Assembly (NCBI GenBank): GCA_965206645.1
Contig: CBDBKE010000004.1
Span: 1,280,001 to 1,344,000, forward strand
Source of the DNA: Terriglobia bacterium
GTDB taxonomy: Bacteria; Acidobacteriota; Terriglobia; JAJPHL01; JAPKYU01
Reading direction: 5' to 3'
DNA: 64,000 nucleotides
The translations under genes and the position numbers were made by a program. A model generated the notes under the pieces. That model saw only the letters and a program-made list of their open reading frames with translations, was not told the origin of the DNA and made no database searches. Shown piece by piece: positions 25,879 to 35,653 of this stretch. Each line of letters begins with the position of its first letter. Position 1 is the first letter of the stretch.

Positions 25879-25913
25879 GGACCTGCACCATTCTGCGAAC
25901 AAGAGCGCAAGTG

Positions 25914-26975
25914 ATGGACCCCTGGTGGCAACGAATCGCTGTAGGCCTCATCCTTGTCCTGGCGCTTCCCCTGGCGGCTGAGCAGACGGAGCTTCCCTGG
26001 CCGACCGGCCTGCGCAAGAAGGAAGCCCTGACCGGCCACATCGCTGCCATTGACAAGGACCAGATGCTGGTCCGCTCGCTGGATTTCGGCGACGTGCTGT
26101 TCTGGGTGGACCAGCGCACAGTGGTCCGCGTGGATAAGTTCCGGTTGACCTTGGAGGACCTTCGGGTAGGTGATCCGGTCGCTGTCCGCCTGAAGAAGAT
26201 CAAGAAGCGCGGCCCCTATGCCAAGGAAATCCTGCCCCACCCGGACGTGCGAGAGCGCAAGCTGCGCGGTGGGACTGAGGCGCCCGAGCTGCCGGCGGTG
26301 GGCGGGCACGGCGGCTATATCCCGCCAGAAGGTTCTACACTGCCGACGGAAGCACCGCCTGTAACAGGCGCCACTGGAGAACCAGCTTCGGTGGACCCTG
26401 CACCATCGTTCCCCACACTGCCCGCGGGCGCGCCCGGTGTGGTCGGCAGCGTGGTCGCCGTAGCTGCTGACTCGCTGGAGGTGCGGGACACCGAGGACCA
26501 ACCGCAGAAGGTGCTGTTGACCGGCATCACCCTCATCAAGCGTGCCGGCAGTGACACCATTCTGCGCGCGGTCGAGCCCGGCGACCGCGTGGCCATCGTC
26601 GGCGACCGGCTGGACACCGGCGAGTGGATTGCCCGCGAAGTGTTGGTGCAAAGGTCAAAGACCCCTGAGACTGCGCATCGAGAGGGGCGACCCGCCAGAG
26701 ACGCAGAAGAAGATTCCCCGGGCGGGATGGCCCGACTCTCCGGAGTCATCGTCGCGTTGGACGCCACCCCAGGCAACGAACAGATCCGGCTCCGCACCGA
26801 AAAAGGTGAACGCAGAGTACTGCTCACTGGCGGCACCGCAGTGCGCCGGATGGGCACCCGTAGCAGCCTGATCGCGTTGAAAGTCGGAGATGAGGTCAGC
26901 GTGGAGGGTGATGTGCTGCAAGAGGGGCTGGTGGTAGCCCGAGAAGTCACCGTCACCAAGCTCGCCGGCTCCTAG
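25914..26975 (+). CDS. Secreted DUF5666-repeat (OB-fold-like) protein
   Basis: Signal peptide; three repeats ending L.VGD.V.V.G....AREV. Confidence 0.72.
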   Translation: MDPWWQRIAVGLILVLALPLAAEQTELPWPTGLRKKEALTGHIAAIDKDQMLVRSLDFGDVLFWVDQRTVVRVDKFRLTLEDLRVGDPVAVRLKKIKKRGPYAKEILPHPDVRERKLRGGTEAPELPAVGGHGGYIPPEGSTLPTEAPPVTGATGEPASVDPAPSFPTLPAGAPGVVGSVVAVAADSLEVRDTEDQPQKVLLTGITLIKRAGSDTILRAVEPGDRVAIVGDRLDTGEWIAREVLVQRSKTPETAHREGRPARDAEEDSPGGMARLSGVIVALDATPGNEQIRLRTEKGERRVLLTGGTAVRRMGTRSSLIALKVGDEVSVEGDVLQEGLVVAREVTVTKLAGS

Positions 26976-27051
26976 TAATTGGAACGAATCGGCTCCCAGC
27001 TTAGGCGCCTCAGAGTGGCTCTGCGAACTAGTCTGGAGATACAATAGTTGT

Positions 27052-27465
27052 ATGGCCGGCACAGGAACTCCCAGTGACCGCTACGACGCGGAACTGGTGG
27101 GGCGCCTAGCACGCGCACGGCAACAGGCGGCCGAAAGGCACCCGGAGGGGCTCTATGAGGAAGCCGTCGAATCCCTCCAACACCCCGACGCCGCGGTTCG
27201 TCAGGAAGCTGTAGTCTTCCTGGGACGTCATCTCCGCAAGCGCGATGATGCCCAGGTGTTGCTGGAGATGGTGGCGGCGGATCCCAGCCCCGAGGTGCGC
27301 AAGTTGTCGGCCCAATGCCTGGGGGGAATCTTTCGCAGCACTCGCAACCGCCAAGTGAATCAGGTGCTGGCGGAAGCGGCAAAAAACCCGGATGAGGATG
27401 CCGCGGTGCGCGCCATGGCATACGCTGCAATCCGGCGCATCAATGGCTTACTGAGCGGCTACTGA
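27052..27465 (+). CDS. HEAT-repeat protein
   Basis: HPDAAVRQEA, DPSPEVR, DEDAAVRAMA; TACAAT 6 nt before ATG. Confidence 0.75.
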   Translation: MAGTGTPSDRYDAELVGRLARARQQAAERHPEGLYEEAVESLQHPDAAVRQEAVVFLGRHLRKRDDAQVLLEMVAADPSPEVRKLSAQCLGGIFRSTRNRQVNQVLAEAAKNPDEDAAVRAMAYAAIRRINGLLSGY

Positions 27466-27587
27466 GCGGCTCCTGAGCGGCCTCAACATTTTTTGCCTCC
27501 ACCTTCTGGAATGTTGATGATTGACTGCCAGTAGCGTTGCCACTTCGCCGTGCCAGACTGACGGCGAATCGATGACCGCCGACGCCA

Positions 27588-27616
27588 TTGACAAGCCCGG
27601 AGGCGCTCCTGATAAT
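27588..27616 (+). promoter_or_regulatory. Sigma70 promoter for hup (TTGACA-17-GATAAT)
   Basis: Near-consensus hexamers with exact 17-bp spacer, then GAGGAGG RBS. Confidence 0.8.
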
Positions 27617-27642
27617 GAAAGATCCCGAGAGGAGGAACACGC

Positions 27643-27909
27643 GTGATCAAGCTCGACATCGTCAATGCGGTGGTAAACCGCACCGGGATCACTAAGACGA
27701 AGGCGGAGCAGGCCGTCGAAACCATATTCGAAAGCATGAAGAAGGCTTTGGAGCGCGGCAACCGGATCGAGTTACGTGGCTTTGGAGTCTTCAACGTGAA
27801 GCCGCGCAAAACAGGCATCGGGCGCAATCCCCGCACGGGCGACGTGGTCAACATCCCCCCGGGCAAGGCCGTTCGTTTCAAACCGGGCAAGGAGTTGCAG
27901 AGTCTCTAG
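27643..27909 (+). CDS. hup: HU/IHF family DNA-binding protein
   Basis: IELRGFGVF, GRNPRTG, VRFKPGK. Confidence 0.95.
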   Translation: MIKLDIVNAVVNRTGITKTKAEQAVETIFESMKKALERGNRIELRGFGVFNVKPRKTGIGRNPRTGDVVNIPPGKAVRFKPGKELQSL

Positions 27910-27970
27910 TCCTGTTCGCGCGCGCCGTCCCCCACCCGGCGCCAAAGAGCGGCCCCCCCCCAGGCACGGC

Positions 27971-28927
27971 ATGAGCGATCATCCCTACCAGTGGCGTCCA
28001 CTCGGATATGAAGTCCCTCAATTTCGCGAAGTGACAGCAGCGCCACCGCAGCAGAGGCTGTGGCTGCACGTGTTGTTGTTTGGCCTGACGGTGCTGAGCA
28101 CACTGGCCGTGGGGGCGCACCTGGCTTTCAGCTACGCGAACAGGCAGCCGGCCTTTGATCTCCGCCACATCTGGAACCCCTTCACCGACTTGTGGGGCCA
28201 TCCCGAGCGTCTGCTGAACGGCTTCCCCTTCGCACTGACTCTGCTCGGCATACTGCTGGCTCACGAAATGGGGCACTACTTTGCCTGCCGCTATTACGGC
28301 ATCGCCGCGACCTATCCCTACTTCATTCCCGCGCCGACCATCTTTGGGACCATGGGCGCCTTCATTCGCATCCGCTCCCCGATCGTGAGCCGCCGCGCCC
28401 TGTTCGACATCGGCATCTCCGGGCCGCTGGTGGGTTTCTTCGTCGCGCTGCCGGTGCTGATCTTCGGGATCGCCGCCTCGCAGGTGGTTCCGGCAGTGGA
28501 GGCAACCGGGGCGGTGACCTTCGGCAATCCACCGCTGGTCACCCTGCTGGAAAAGCTGCTCCACCCGCACGTTGCCGAGCAGCACCTGTACTTGCACCCG
28601 GTGGCGCGCGCTGCCTGGGTGGGTCTGTTTGCCACCGCCCTAAACCTGCTGCCCATCGGCCAACTGGACGGCGGTCACATTCTGTATGCTCTGGTCGGGG
28701 AGAGACACCGCTTATATTCGCGCCTGTTCGTGCTGGCGCTGATCCCGCTCGGCTACCTCTACTGGTCCGGATGGTTGCTGTGGTCGGTGCTTTTATTGTT
28801 CCTGGGAACGCGCCACCCGGCGATCTTCGACCCGGTGCCTCTGGACCGCCGCCGCCGCTGGCTCTGCGCAGTTGCCCTGGTGGTTTTTCTGTTGTGCTTC
28901 ACCCCCAGCCCCCTTGTCGCCCGGTAA
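27971..28927 (+). CDS. Site-2 protease family (M50) membrane metalloprotease
   Basis: HEMGH, GTMGAFI, GPL, NLLPIGQLDGGH. Confidence 0.93.
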   Translation: MSDHPYQWRPLGYEVPQFREVTAAPPQQRLWLHVLLFGLTVLSTLAVGAHLAFSYANRQPAFDLRHIWNPFTDLWGHPERLLNGFPFALTLLGILLAHEMGHYFACRYYGIAATYPYFIPAPTIFGTMGAFIRIRSPIVSRRALFDIGISGPLVGFFVALPVLIFGIAASQVVPAVEATGAVTFGNPPLVTLLEKLLHPHVAEQHLYLHPVARAAWVGLFATALNLLPIGQLDGGHILYALVGERHRLYSRLFVLALIPLGYLYWSGWLLWSVLLLFLGTRHPAIFDPVPLDRRRRWLCAVALVVFLLCFTPSPLVAR

Positions 28928-29048
28928 CGGCTGGTTCACTAAGTCTCTTAGAGGCCCATGGAACTCTTTCGGTAGGTAAAGTTTGGAACCCGGTCTGAAC
29001 TCCACTCCGCACCCCGGCCTTTGATTCCGAGCGGGTTGCGGCCGGATG

Positions 29049-31490
29049 CTACAGCAAGGTCAGCGGGTCCACGTCGACGACCATGGCGGTCGGGGGAAGC
29101 TGCTGGGCGCGGGCAAACGAGCGGCAATCTTCGAGCAAGCTGTGCAGGGTGCTGCGGCGCTGGGATTTCACCAGGAACTGGTAGCGGTACTCCTGTTTCA
29201 GCCGGGCCAGCGGTGCGGCTGCCGGTCCCAACACGCGCACTCCAGACCATTTGCCTTCCCCCAGGCGCTTGGCCAGCCCGCCGCTCCACTTCACCGCCAG
29301 CTCCAGCTTTGGGCTGCGTATCAGGATGTTGGCCAGTGCGGAGAACGGCGGGTAATGCATCACCCGGCGGAATTGCAGCTCCTTCTGGTAGAAGGCGGCG
29401 TAGTCCTGGGCAGCGGCACAGCGGATGGCGTAATGCTCGGGGAAATAGGTTTGGATGACGACAGCCCCGGGCAGCTCGCCGCGCCCGGCCCGTCCGGCCA
29501 CTTGGGTGAGCAACTGGAAGGTGCGCTCAGCGGCCCGGAAATCCGGCAACCCCAGGGCCACGTCGGCCGAGACCACCCCCACTAGCGTCACACGGTGGAT
29601 GTCGTGTCCCTTGGCAATCATCTGCGTGCCCACCAGGATGTCGTAGCGGCCGTCGCGAAACTCAGCAAGGATGCGCTCGGACTGGCGCCGGCCACGGGCG
29701 GTGTCGCGGTCCAGGCGGACCACGCGGGCGCCGGAGAAGCGCTCGGCCACCAGCGCTTCAATCTTCTCCGAGCCCTCGCCCAAGAAGTAGACATGTTCGC
29801 TCGAGCACTGAGGGCAAACTTTGGGCACCGCCGTCCAGTAGTCGCAGTAGTGGCACAGCAGGCGGTTTTCCCGACGGTGGTAGGTAAGCGCAATACTGCA
29901 TTGGGTGCATTGCGCCGCCTGGCCACAGGAGCGACACAGCGCTACGGCCGCGTAGCCGCGCCGGTTCAGCAGCAGGATGACCTGCTGGCGGGCCTCGAGC
30001 CGCTGCCGGATTTGCTCCTCGAGTGCGCGCGAGAACACTTCGACCTTCCTGCGCTCCTGGAACTCGCCGCGCATGTCCACTACCTGCACTTCGGCCAGGG
30101 GCCGGCCTCCGACGCGCTCATCTAATTCCAGCAGGCGAAACTTGCCGCTGGCGGCGTTGTAGCGGGATTCCAGGCTGGGGGTAGCCGAGCCCAGCAGCGC
30201 TACCGCCTCCGCATCGCGCGCGCGCACCAGCGCTACATCCCGCCCGTTGTACCGCGGCGTCTCCTCCTGCTTGTAGCTGAGGTCCTGCTCCTCGTCCACG
30301 ATGATGATCGCGGGCCGTTCCAGAGGGGAAAACACGGCCGAGCGCGTGCCGACCACTACCGGCGCTTCCCCCCGGTGAACGCGGCGCCATTCGTGGCTGC
30401 GCTCGCGGCCACCGAAAGCGCTATGCAGGATAGCTACTCCGTCGCCGAACCGGGACCGGAACTGCTCGGCCATCGCCGGGGTGAGGGCGATTTCGGGAAC
30501 CAGCATCAGCGCCCTGCCCCCACGGCGGACCACATCGCCGATAGCCTCCAGATAAACTTCGGTCTTCCCGCTGCCGGTCACCCCATGGAGCAATGTGGCG
30601 GCGAAGCGGCGGCGCTCCAACAGCTCACGAATAGCCTCCAGGGCTGCCTTCTGCCGCGGATTCAGAACGTGGGCACTGGGCTGAACGGTCACAAGAGTGG
30701 AGGTAGCAGTTGCCCTTGGGAGAGGCAGAAACGATAGCAAGCCTCGTTCGGCCATGCGGCGGAGCAGGACCGCAGGTACACGAGCCCGAGCGGCCAGCTC
30801 GGCCGCCGGCACTGGCCCGCCGGTCGAGATCAATAGCTGCACCACGCGCTGCTCGCGTTTACCGCTAGGTATTGCCGGGTCGCGTGCCGCCTCGGGACTG
30901 GCCGGCAGCGCCACCAGCTTATTCTGCCGCTCCGCGCGGGTGCGCGCTTCCGAAACACGCTCAACCACCCCATCTCGCTCCAGCTTGCGCAGGTCGGCTT
31001 CGGTCAGGCCAAAGCGACGGCGCAGGGAGGCTTCCGGCAACGCTCGCTCGCGCAATGCATCCGCCACCCGGGAAACAAAGCTGTGGCCTGCGGCTGTCAA
31101 CCGGACGAGGCGACGCGTCTCCACCTCCACACCAAGTGGAAGCATCGCCCGGAAAACTTCTCCCTCAGGAGCCAGGTAGTAGTCCGCCACCCACCTGCCC
31201 AAGCGCAGTAGCTCCGGGCTGAGCACGGGCGAGGAATCCAGCACGCGCTCGACCTCTTTGAGCTGATCTGGTTTGAGCCGCGCTGATTTGAGTCGCTGCG
31301 GCGTGCGCCCGTCGGCGAGTGAACGCTGGGGTGCCTCCGTCACCACCCCGGTGAGCTTGCGAGCGCCCAACGGCACAATGACCCGCACGCCGGGAACCAC
31401 CTGCGACTCGAGCGATTGGGGAACCCGATAGGTGAAGGACCCTTCCAATGGGACCGGGACGGCGACCTGGCACACTCTGGAGGACCGCAT
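29049..31490 (-). CDS. priA: Primosomal protein N' (replication restart helicase)
   Basis: HGVTGSGKTEVY, LVPEIALT, DEEQD, SATPSLES, CxxC zinc region, GTQMIAKG, QVAGRAGR. Confidence 0.97.
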   Translation of the reverse strand: MRSSRVCQVAVPVPLEGSFTYRVPQSLESQVVPGVRVIVPLGARKLTGVVTEAPQRSLADGRTPQRLKSARLKPDQLKEVERVLDSSPVLSPELLRLGRWVADYYLAPEGEVFRAMLPLGVEVETRRLVRLTAAGHSFVSRVADALRERALPEASLRRRFGLTEADLRKLERDGVVERVSEARTRAERQNKLVALPASPEAARDPAIPSGKREQRVVQLLISTGGPVPAAELAARARVPAVLLRRMAERGLLSFLPLPRATATSTLVTVQPSAHVLNPRQKAALEAIRELLERRRFAATLLHGVTGSGKTEVYLEAIGDVVRRGGRALMLVPEIALTPAMAEQFRSRFGDGVAILHSAFGGRERSHEWRRVHRGEAPVVVGTRSAVFSPLERPAIIIVDEEQDLSYKQEETPRYNGRDVALVRARDAEAVALLGSATPSLESRYNAASGKFRLLELDERVGGRPLAEVQVVDMRGEFQERRKVEVFSRALEEQIRQRLEARQQVILLLNRRGYAAVALCRSCGQAAQCTQCSIALTYHRRENRLLCHYCDYWTAVPKVCPQCSSEHVYFLGEGSEKIEALVAERFSGARVVRLDRDTARGRRQSERILAEFRDGRYDILVGTQMIAKGHDIHRVTLVGVVSADVALGLPDFRAAERTFQLLTQVAGRAGRGELPGAVVIQTYFPEHYAIRCAAAQDYAAFYQKELQFRRVMHYPPFSALANILIRSPKLELAVKWSGGLAKRLGEGKWSGVRVLGPAAAPLARLKQEYRYQFLVKSQRRSTLHSLLEDCRSFARAQQLPPTAMVVDVDPLTLL

Positions 31491-31664
31491 AGAACAAATT
31501 GATAATTTAGAAGGGAAAACGCAAACAACACAAGGTTGCTATTCTCATAGCTTATAGGGAATTAACAAAAACTGTCACCGACCTCCGGTTCTGTTGAGCT
31601 TGTGCAACGTTCCGTGCCGAAGGAAAGGCGTGAACGAATTGATGAAGAATTAATCAACACGGCA

Positions 31665-32438
31665 TCAACGCTTGCCATACAGGAAGCGCAGCAAGGTCTG
31701 CATGTCGTCCCAGGCCTCACGTTTCTTCGAAGGATCACGCAACAGGTAGGCGGGGTGGTAGGTGACCAACAGCTGAGCGCCGCGATACTCAAACCAGCGA
31801 CCCCGCAGCCGGGCCATGGACTCGTTATTGTTCAACAGGAAACGGACGGCAGTGGCGCCCAGGGCTACGATCGCCCGGGGCCGGATGGCGTCCAGTTGCC
31901 GCAGCAGGAACGGCGAGCAGGTTTCCACCTCCTCCCTCTCGGGCGTTCGGTTGTTGGGGGGGCGGCACTTGATGATGTTGCAGATGTAGGTGTGCTCGCG
32001 TTGCAGCGGCACCTTCATCCGCGCCGCGCTATTGTTGATCATCTCGGTCAACAGTTGCCCGGCGCGTCCCACGAAGGGGAGCCCTTGCGCGTCCTCATCG
32101 GCGCCGGGCCCTTCGCCCACAAACACCACCTCAGCTTTCGGGTTGCCGCTGCCGAACACGATCGTGCTCCGACCGCGATGTAGCTTGCAACGGGTGCATT
32201 CGCCGAGGTCGGCGCGGACCTCTTCCAGGCTCTTCCGAGGTGTGACGGCCTCGAACAGGTCTCTGGGAGGACCGGCCGGTGCCCTCACCTGCCCCCCTGA
32301 GGGTTCGGAGGTGGTAGGCACCCTGGTATCTTCGCCTGCCAAGGGCGGAACCGAGGGAGCCGTCCGCCGCCGATAGAAGGTCTGAATCCCCAACTCCCGA
32401 TAGAAGCGGAACCGCTCTTGCCAATCATCGGCCAACAT
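31665..32438 (-). CDS. Uracil-DNA glycosylase family 4
   Basis: [40 protein letters not shown]. Confidence 0.94.
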   Translation of the reverse strand: MLADDWQERFRFYRELGIQTFYRRRTAPSVPPLAGEDTRVPTTSEPSGGQVRAPAGPPRDLFEAVTPRKSLEEVRADLGECTRCKLHRGRSTIVFGSGNPKAEVVFVGEGPGADEDAQGLPFVGRAGQLLTEMINNSAARMKVPLQREHTYICNIIKCRPPNNRTPEREEVETCSPFLLRQLDAIRPRAIVALGATAVRFLLNNNESMARLRGRWFEYRGAQLLVTYHPAYLLRDPSKKREAWDDMQTLLRFLYGKR

Positions 32439-32490
32439 AATGAAGAATTACATGCAAAGTGTGAACCAGCCTTCACGGGGAAGTATGCAA

Positions 32491-33705
32491 TTAAGCTTTG
32501 GTTTTTAGCTCAAAAGTTTTCACTCTCAACTCTCGTACGGTGTCCAGGATGCGGTGTGCCAGTTCAGGCTTCGCCATGCGTGGCAATTCGGTCACGCCGT
32601 CGCGGGTCACTAGCACTGCGCTGCTGAAGTCGGAGGCGAACACGCTCTGAGTCACGTCGTTTGCCACCACCAGGTCCAGATTTTTCTCCGTGAGTTTCCG
32701 CCGGGCCTGCTCCAGAAGATGCTCGGTTTCGGCGGCGAAACCCACCAGCAGGCGCGTTCCTTTGCGGCAGGAGACCGCCTTGAGAACGTCCGGGGTGCGC
32801 GCCAAGTGGAGCGTAAGCGGACCCTCGCGTTTCTTGATCTTCTGGCTGCTGACTTGGGCCGCTCGATAATCGGCAACCGCGGCCGCCTTGATCACCACCG
32901 TGGCCTCGGCCAGCCAAGCCAGCACCGCCTGCTCCATTTCCGCGGCGGTGCGCACCGACACGAACTCGACCCCGTCGGGCGGCCGCAGCGCCGTCGGCCC
33001 ACTGACCAGAATGGTGCGGGCACCGCGGCGGAAGGCAGCTTCCGCGACCGCATAGCCCATCTTGCCGCTTGACCGGTTGCTCAGGTAACGCACCGGGTCC
33101 AGCGGTTCCTGGGTGGGGCCGGCGGTCACCAACATCGTCTCTTGTTCCAGGTCGCGTTGGACTCTCAGCATCTCCAGGGTGGCGGCCACGATGCTGGCCG
33201 GAGAGGCCAGACGCCCAGCCCCGGTCATGCCACAGGCCAGGTAGCCTTCGTCGGGCTCAACCACTCGCACTCCCCGCGCGCGCAGCCGCGCCAGGTTGTC
33301 CTCGACCGTCGGGTGTTCCCACATCTGGACGTTCATCGCGGGCGCCACCAACACAGGAGCCCGAGTGGCCAGGTAGAGTGTGGTCAGGAAATCGTCGGCC
33401 ATCCCATGGGCCAACTTCCCCACAATATTCGCCGTCGCCGGTGCCACCACCAGCAGATCGATCGATTGCGCCACGGCAATGTGCTCGATGGCGCTCTCGA
33501 TGTTGGCTTCCCCGCCCGGCCCGGCGAACAGGTCGGTGATCACTTTGCGCCCGGAGAGGGAGGCCAGCGTCAGCGGCGTAAGGAACTCCCGCGCGTGCCG
33601 GGTCATGACCACCTGTACCTCCAGTCCGTTCTGCTGGAGCTGGCGAATCAACTCGGCGCTCTTATAGGCGGCGATGCCTCCCGAAACTCCTAGACAGACT
33701 TTCAT
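32491..33705 (-). CDS. coaBC: Bifunctional phosphopantothenoylcysteine decarboxylase/ligase
   Basis: GVSGGIAAYK, APATAN, PAMN..M, TAGPT.E.LDPVRYLSNRSSGKMG, GFAAET. Confidence 0.97.
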   Translation of the reverse strand: MKVCLGVSGGIAAYKSAELIRQLQQNGLEVQVVMTRHAREFLTPLTLASLSGRKVITDLFAGPGGEANIESAIEHIAVAQSIDLLVVAPATANIVGKLAHGMADDFLTTLYLATRAPVLVAPAMNVQMWEHPTVEDNLARLRARGVRVVEPDEGYLACGMTGAGRLASPASIVAATLEMLRVQRDLEQETMLVTAGPTQEPLDPVRYLSNRSSGKMGYAVAEAAFRRGARTILVSGPTALRPPDGVEFVSVRTAAEMEQAVLAWLAEATVVIKAAAVADYRAAQVSSQKIKKREGPLTLHLARTPDVLKAVSCRKGTRLLVGFAAETEHLLEQARRKLTEKNLDLVVANDVTQSVFASDFSSAVLVTRDGVTELPRMAKPELAHRILDTVRELRVKTFELKTKA

Positions 33706-33719
33706 GCCGGCACCAAGCG

Positions 33720-33932
33720 CTACTCCTCCGATTTCTCTGGCTCAGGATTTTCCGAAGCCTCAGAAGACTCAAAGGTCACCGCACCTCCGAGGACTTCCTC
33801 TATGGCGATCCGCATTGCTTTCTTCGACGTTGTATGGATGCGCGGCTGCGAGCCTCCCTGCAGTTGACGCGTGCGGCGTGCCGCGGCATGCACGAAACGA
33901 AACTTGCTCTCCAAATCCTCGATTCGCTTCAC
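33720..33932 (-). CDS. rpoZ: RNA polymerase omega subunit
   Basis: SKFRFV..AARRTRQL..G; GTG start overlapping gmk stop; gmk-rpoZ-coaBC synteny. Confidence 0.88.
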   Translation of the reverse strand: MKRIEDLESKFRFVHAAARRTRQLQGGSQPRIHTTSKKAMRIAIEEVLGGAVTFESSEASENPEPEKSEE

Positions 33933-34627
33933 TCGGTGATTGCCTCCCTGAAAGTTTGTTGGATGGGTCCTACGGCCGCCGTGACATTTCGCGTCCGGCA
34001 GCCCTCGGCCAGCTCGAACCAGCGCTGGACCTGTGCGTCGCCCGACCGGCTGCCATGGCGCTTCTTCCAGCGGGCGGCCAGCACGATGGCGCACAACTGC
34101 TCGGTGGATCGGTCTACCGCATCATTGACGATGAGGTAATCATAGTTGGGGAACTTCTCGATCTCGGCGACCGCCCGGCGCAGCCGGTGCTCAATTGCCT
34201 GCTGGGAATCCTCGCCCCGGCGACGCAATCGGGACTCCAGAGTCTGGCGGGAAGGCGGCAAAATGAAGATGGCCAGCGCCTCGGGCAGCCGTTGTTTGAT
34301 CTGCCCAGCGCCTTGCACATCAATATCCAGCACCAAGTCGTGGTCGAGTTGCTGCGCCACGTCCAGAAAACGGCGTGGCGTGCCGTAGAAGTCCTTTCCG
34401 AAAACTTTGGCCCACTCCATAAATTCCCCGCGCTCGATCATCTGCTGGAATTGCTCTTGCGCCACAAAATAATAGTGCTTCCCGTTTTGCTCCAGACCCC
34501 GCGGCTCGCGGGTGGTGTAGGAAACGGAAAAGACCAGCTCTGGCACCGCAGTCAACAACCTGTCGAGCAGTGTAGACTTTCCCGAGCCCGACGGCGCCGA
34601 AACGATAAAGATGCCAATCTGCGACAT
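33929..34627 (-). CDS. gmk: Guanylate kinase
   Basis: SAPSGSGKST, SVSYTTR.PR, YGT, LDIDVQGA, IFILPPS. Confidence 0.97.
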   Translation of the reverse strand: MSQIGIFIVSAPSGSGKSTLLDRLLTAVPELVFSVSYTTREPRGLEQNGKHYYFVAQEQFQQMIERGEFMEWAKVFGKDFYGTPRRFLDVAQQLDHDLVLDIDVQGAGQIKQRLPEALAIFILPPSRQTLESRLRRRGEDSQQAIEHRLRRAVAEIEKFPNYDYLIVNDAVDRSTEQLCAIVLAARWKKRHGSRSGDAQVQRWFELAEGCRTRNVTAAVGPIQQTFREAITE

Positions 34628-34642
34628 GCCCCGTCCTGGCCC

Positions 34643-35548
34643 CTACTGTAGATTTTGTACCTGCTCGCGAAGCTTTTCAATCTCGGCCTTCAACCGCAGT
34701 GCTAGTCCGGTGATCTTCAGGCCCGCCTCGCCCAGCCCGGATGTCTTGGCCAGGACGGTGTTCGCCTCGCGGTTCATCTCCTGCAGCAGGAAATCCAGGC
34801 GCTTGCCCGCCTCGCCGGATTCCTCGGGCGAGTGGAGCAAGGCGTGGAACTGCTGCCGGTGACTTTTCAGGCGCAATAACTCCTCGCTGACGTCGCTGCG
34901 CTCGGCCAGCAGTGCGGCCTCCTGGACCAGCCGCTCGGGAGGCAGGTGGTCGGCCAGCAGCTCGGCCAGGCGTTCGCGGAGGCGCTCCAGGCAGAGGGGC
35001 TCAGCGTCGGCGCGCAGGCGTTCAATCTCTTCGGTGGCGCGACCGACCTCCTCCAGACGTGCGCTCATCTCTGCGGCAATGTTCCCGCCTTCCTCGGTGC
35101 GCATGGCGTCCAGCCGCCCGAGCGCTTCCAGCAGAGTCTCAAGCACCAGCGTCTCCATCCCCTGCTCCTCAGCCGATCCTGGCAATACCGGAACGTACCG
35201 GACCGCGCCGGGCACTTTCAGGATGGTGCTCAGATCAGGCTCTGCCGAAAGCCCAAACTCGCTGCGCAGGCGGCTGTAGGCTTCCAGGTAGGCGCCGACC
35301 AGTGCGCGGTCCATGTGAACCTCCACGCCGCCATCTCGCTCCAGCACCACCGTGACGTCCAAATGGCCGCGCCGCAGATGTTGGCGCATCATGCGCCGCA
35401 GCTTGGGCTCCAGCGGCTCCAGCTCCGTGGACAGCTTCAGACGCATGTCCAGAAAGCGGTGGTTGACGCTTTTCACCCTCACGGTGACGGCCACTGTGTC
35501 GGTGCGGCGGGAGGCCGCCGCATAGCCGGTCATACTGCGCAGCATCAA
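34643..35548 (-). CDS. yicC: YicC/YloC family protein
   Basis: SMTGY, SVNHRFLD, GKRLDFLLQEMNREANT, EKLREQVQN. Confidence 0.95.
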   Translation of the reverse strand: MMLRSMTGYAAASRRTDTVAVTVRVKSVNHRFLDMRLKLSTELEPLEPKLRRMMRQHLRRGHLDVTVVLERDGGVEVHMDRALVGAYLEAYSRLRSEFGLSAEPDLSTILKVPGAVRYVPVLPGSAEEQGMETLVLETLLEALGRLDAMRTEEGGNIAAEMSARLEEVGRATEEIERLRADAEPLCLERLRERLAELLADHLPPERLVQEAALLAERSDVSEELLRLKSHRQQFHALLHSPEESGEAGKRLDFLLQEMNREANTVLAKTSGLGEAGLKITGLALRLKAEIEKLREQVQNLQ

Positions 35549-35653
35549 GAACAGGTGTCAGGTTTCCGAGGTCAGGTGTTCGGCCGGAAACGGGTTGCTC
35601 GTCAGACTTTGGACCTTGGACCCAGGAAGTGATCCGGCTCAGGCGTCCACAAA

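Noticed and set aside
32425-32460. dif/Xer site (CCAACATAA-TGAAGA-ATTACATG)
   Set aside because: Only one arm partly matches, the second is out of register, and it overlaps the udg start
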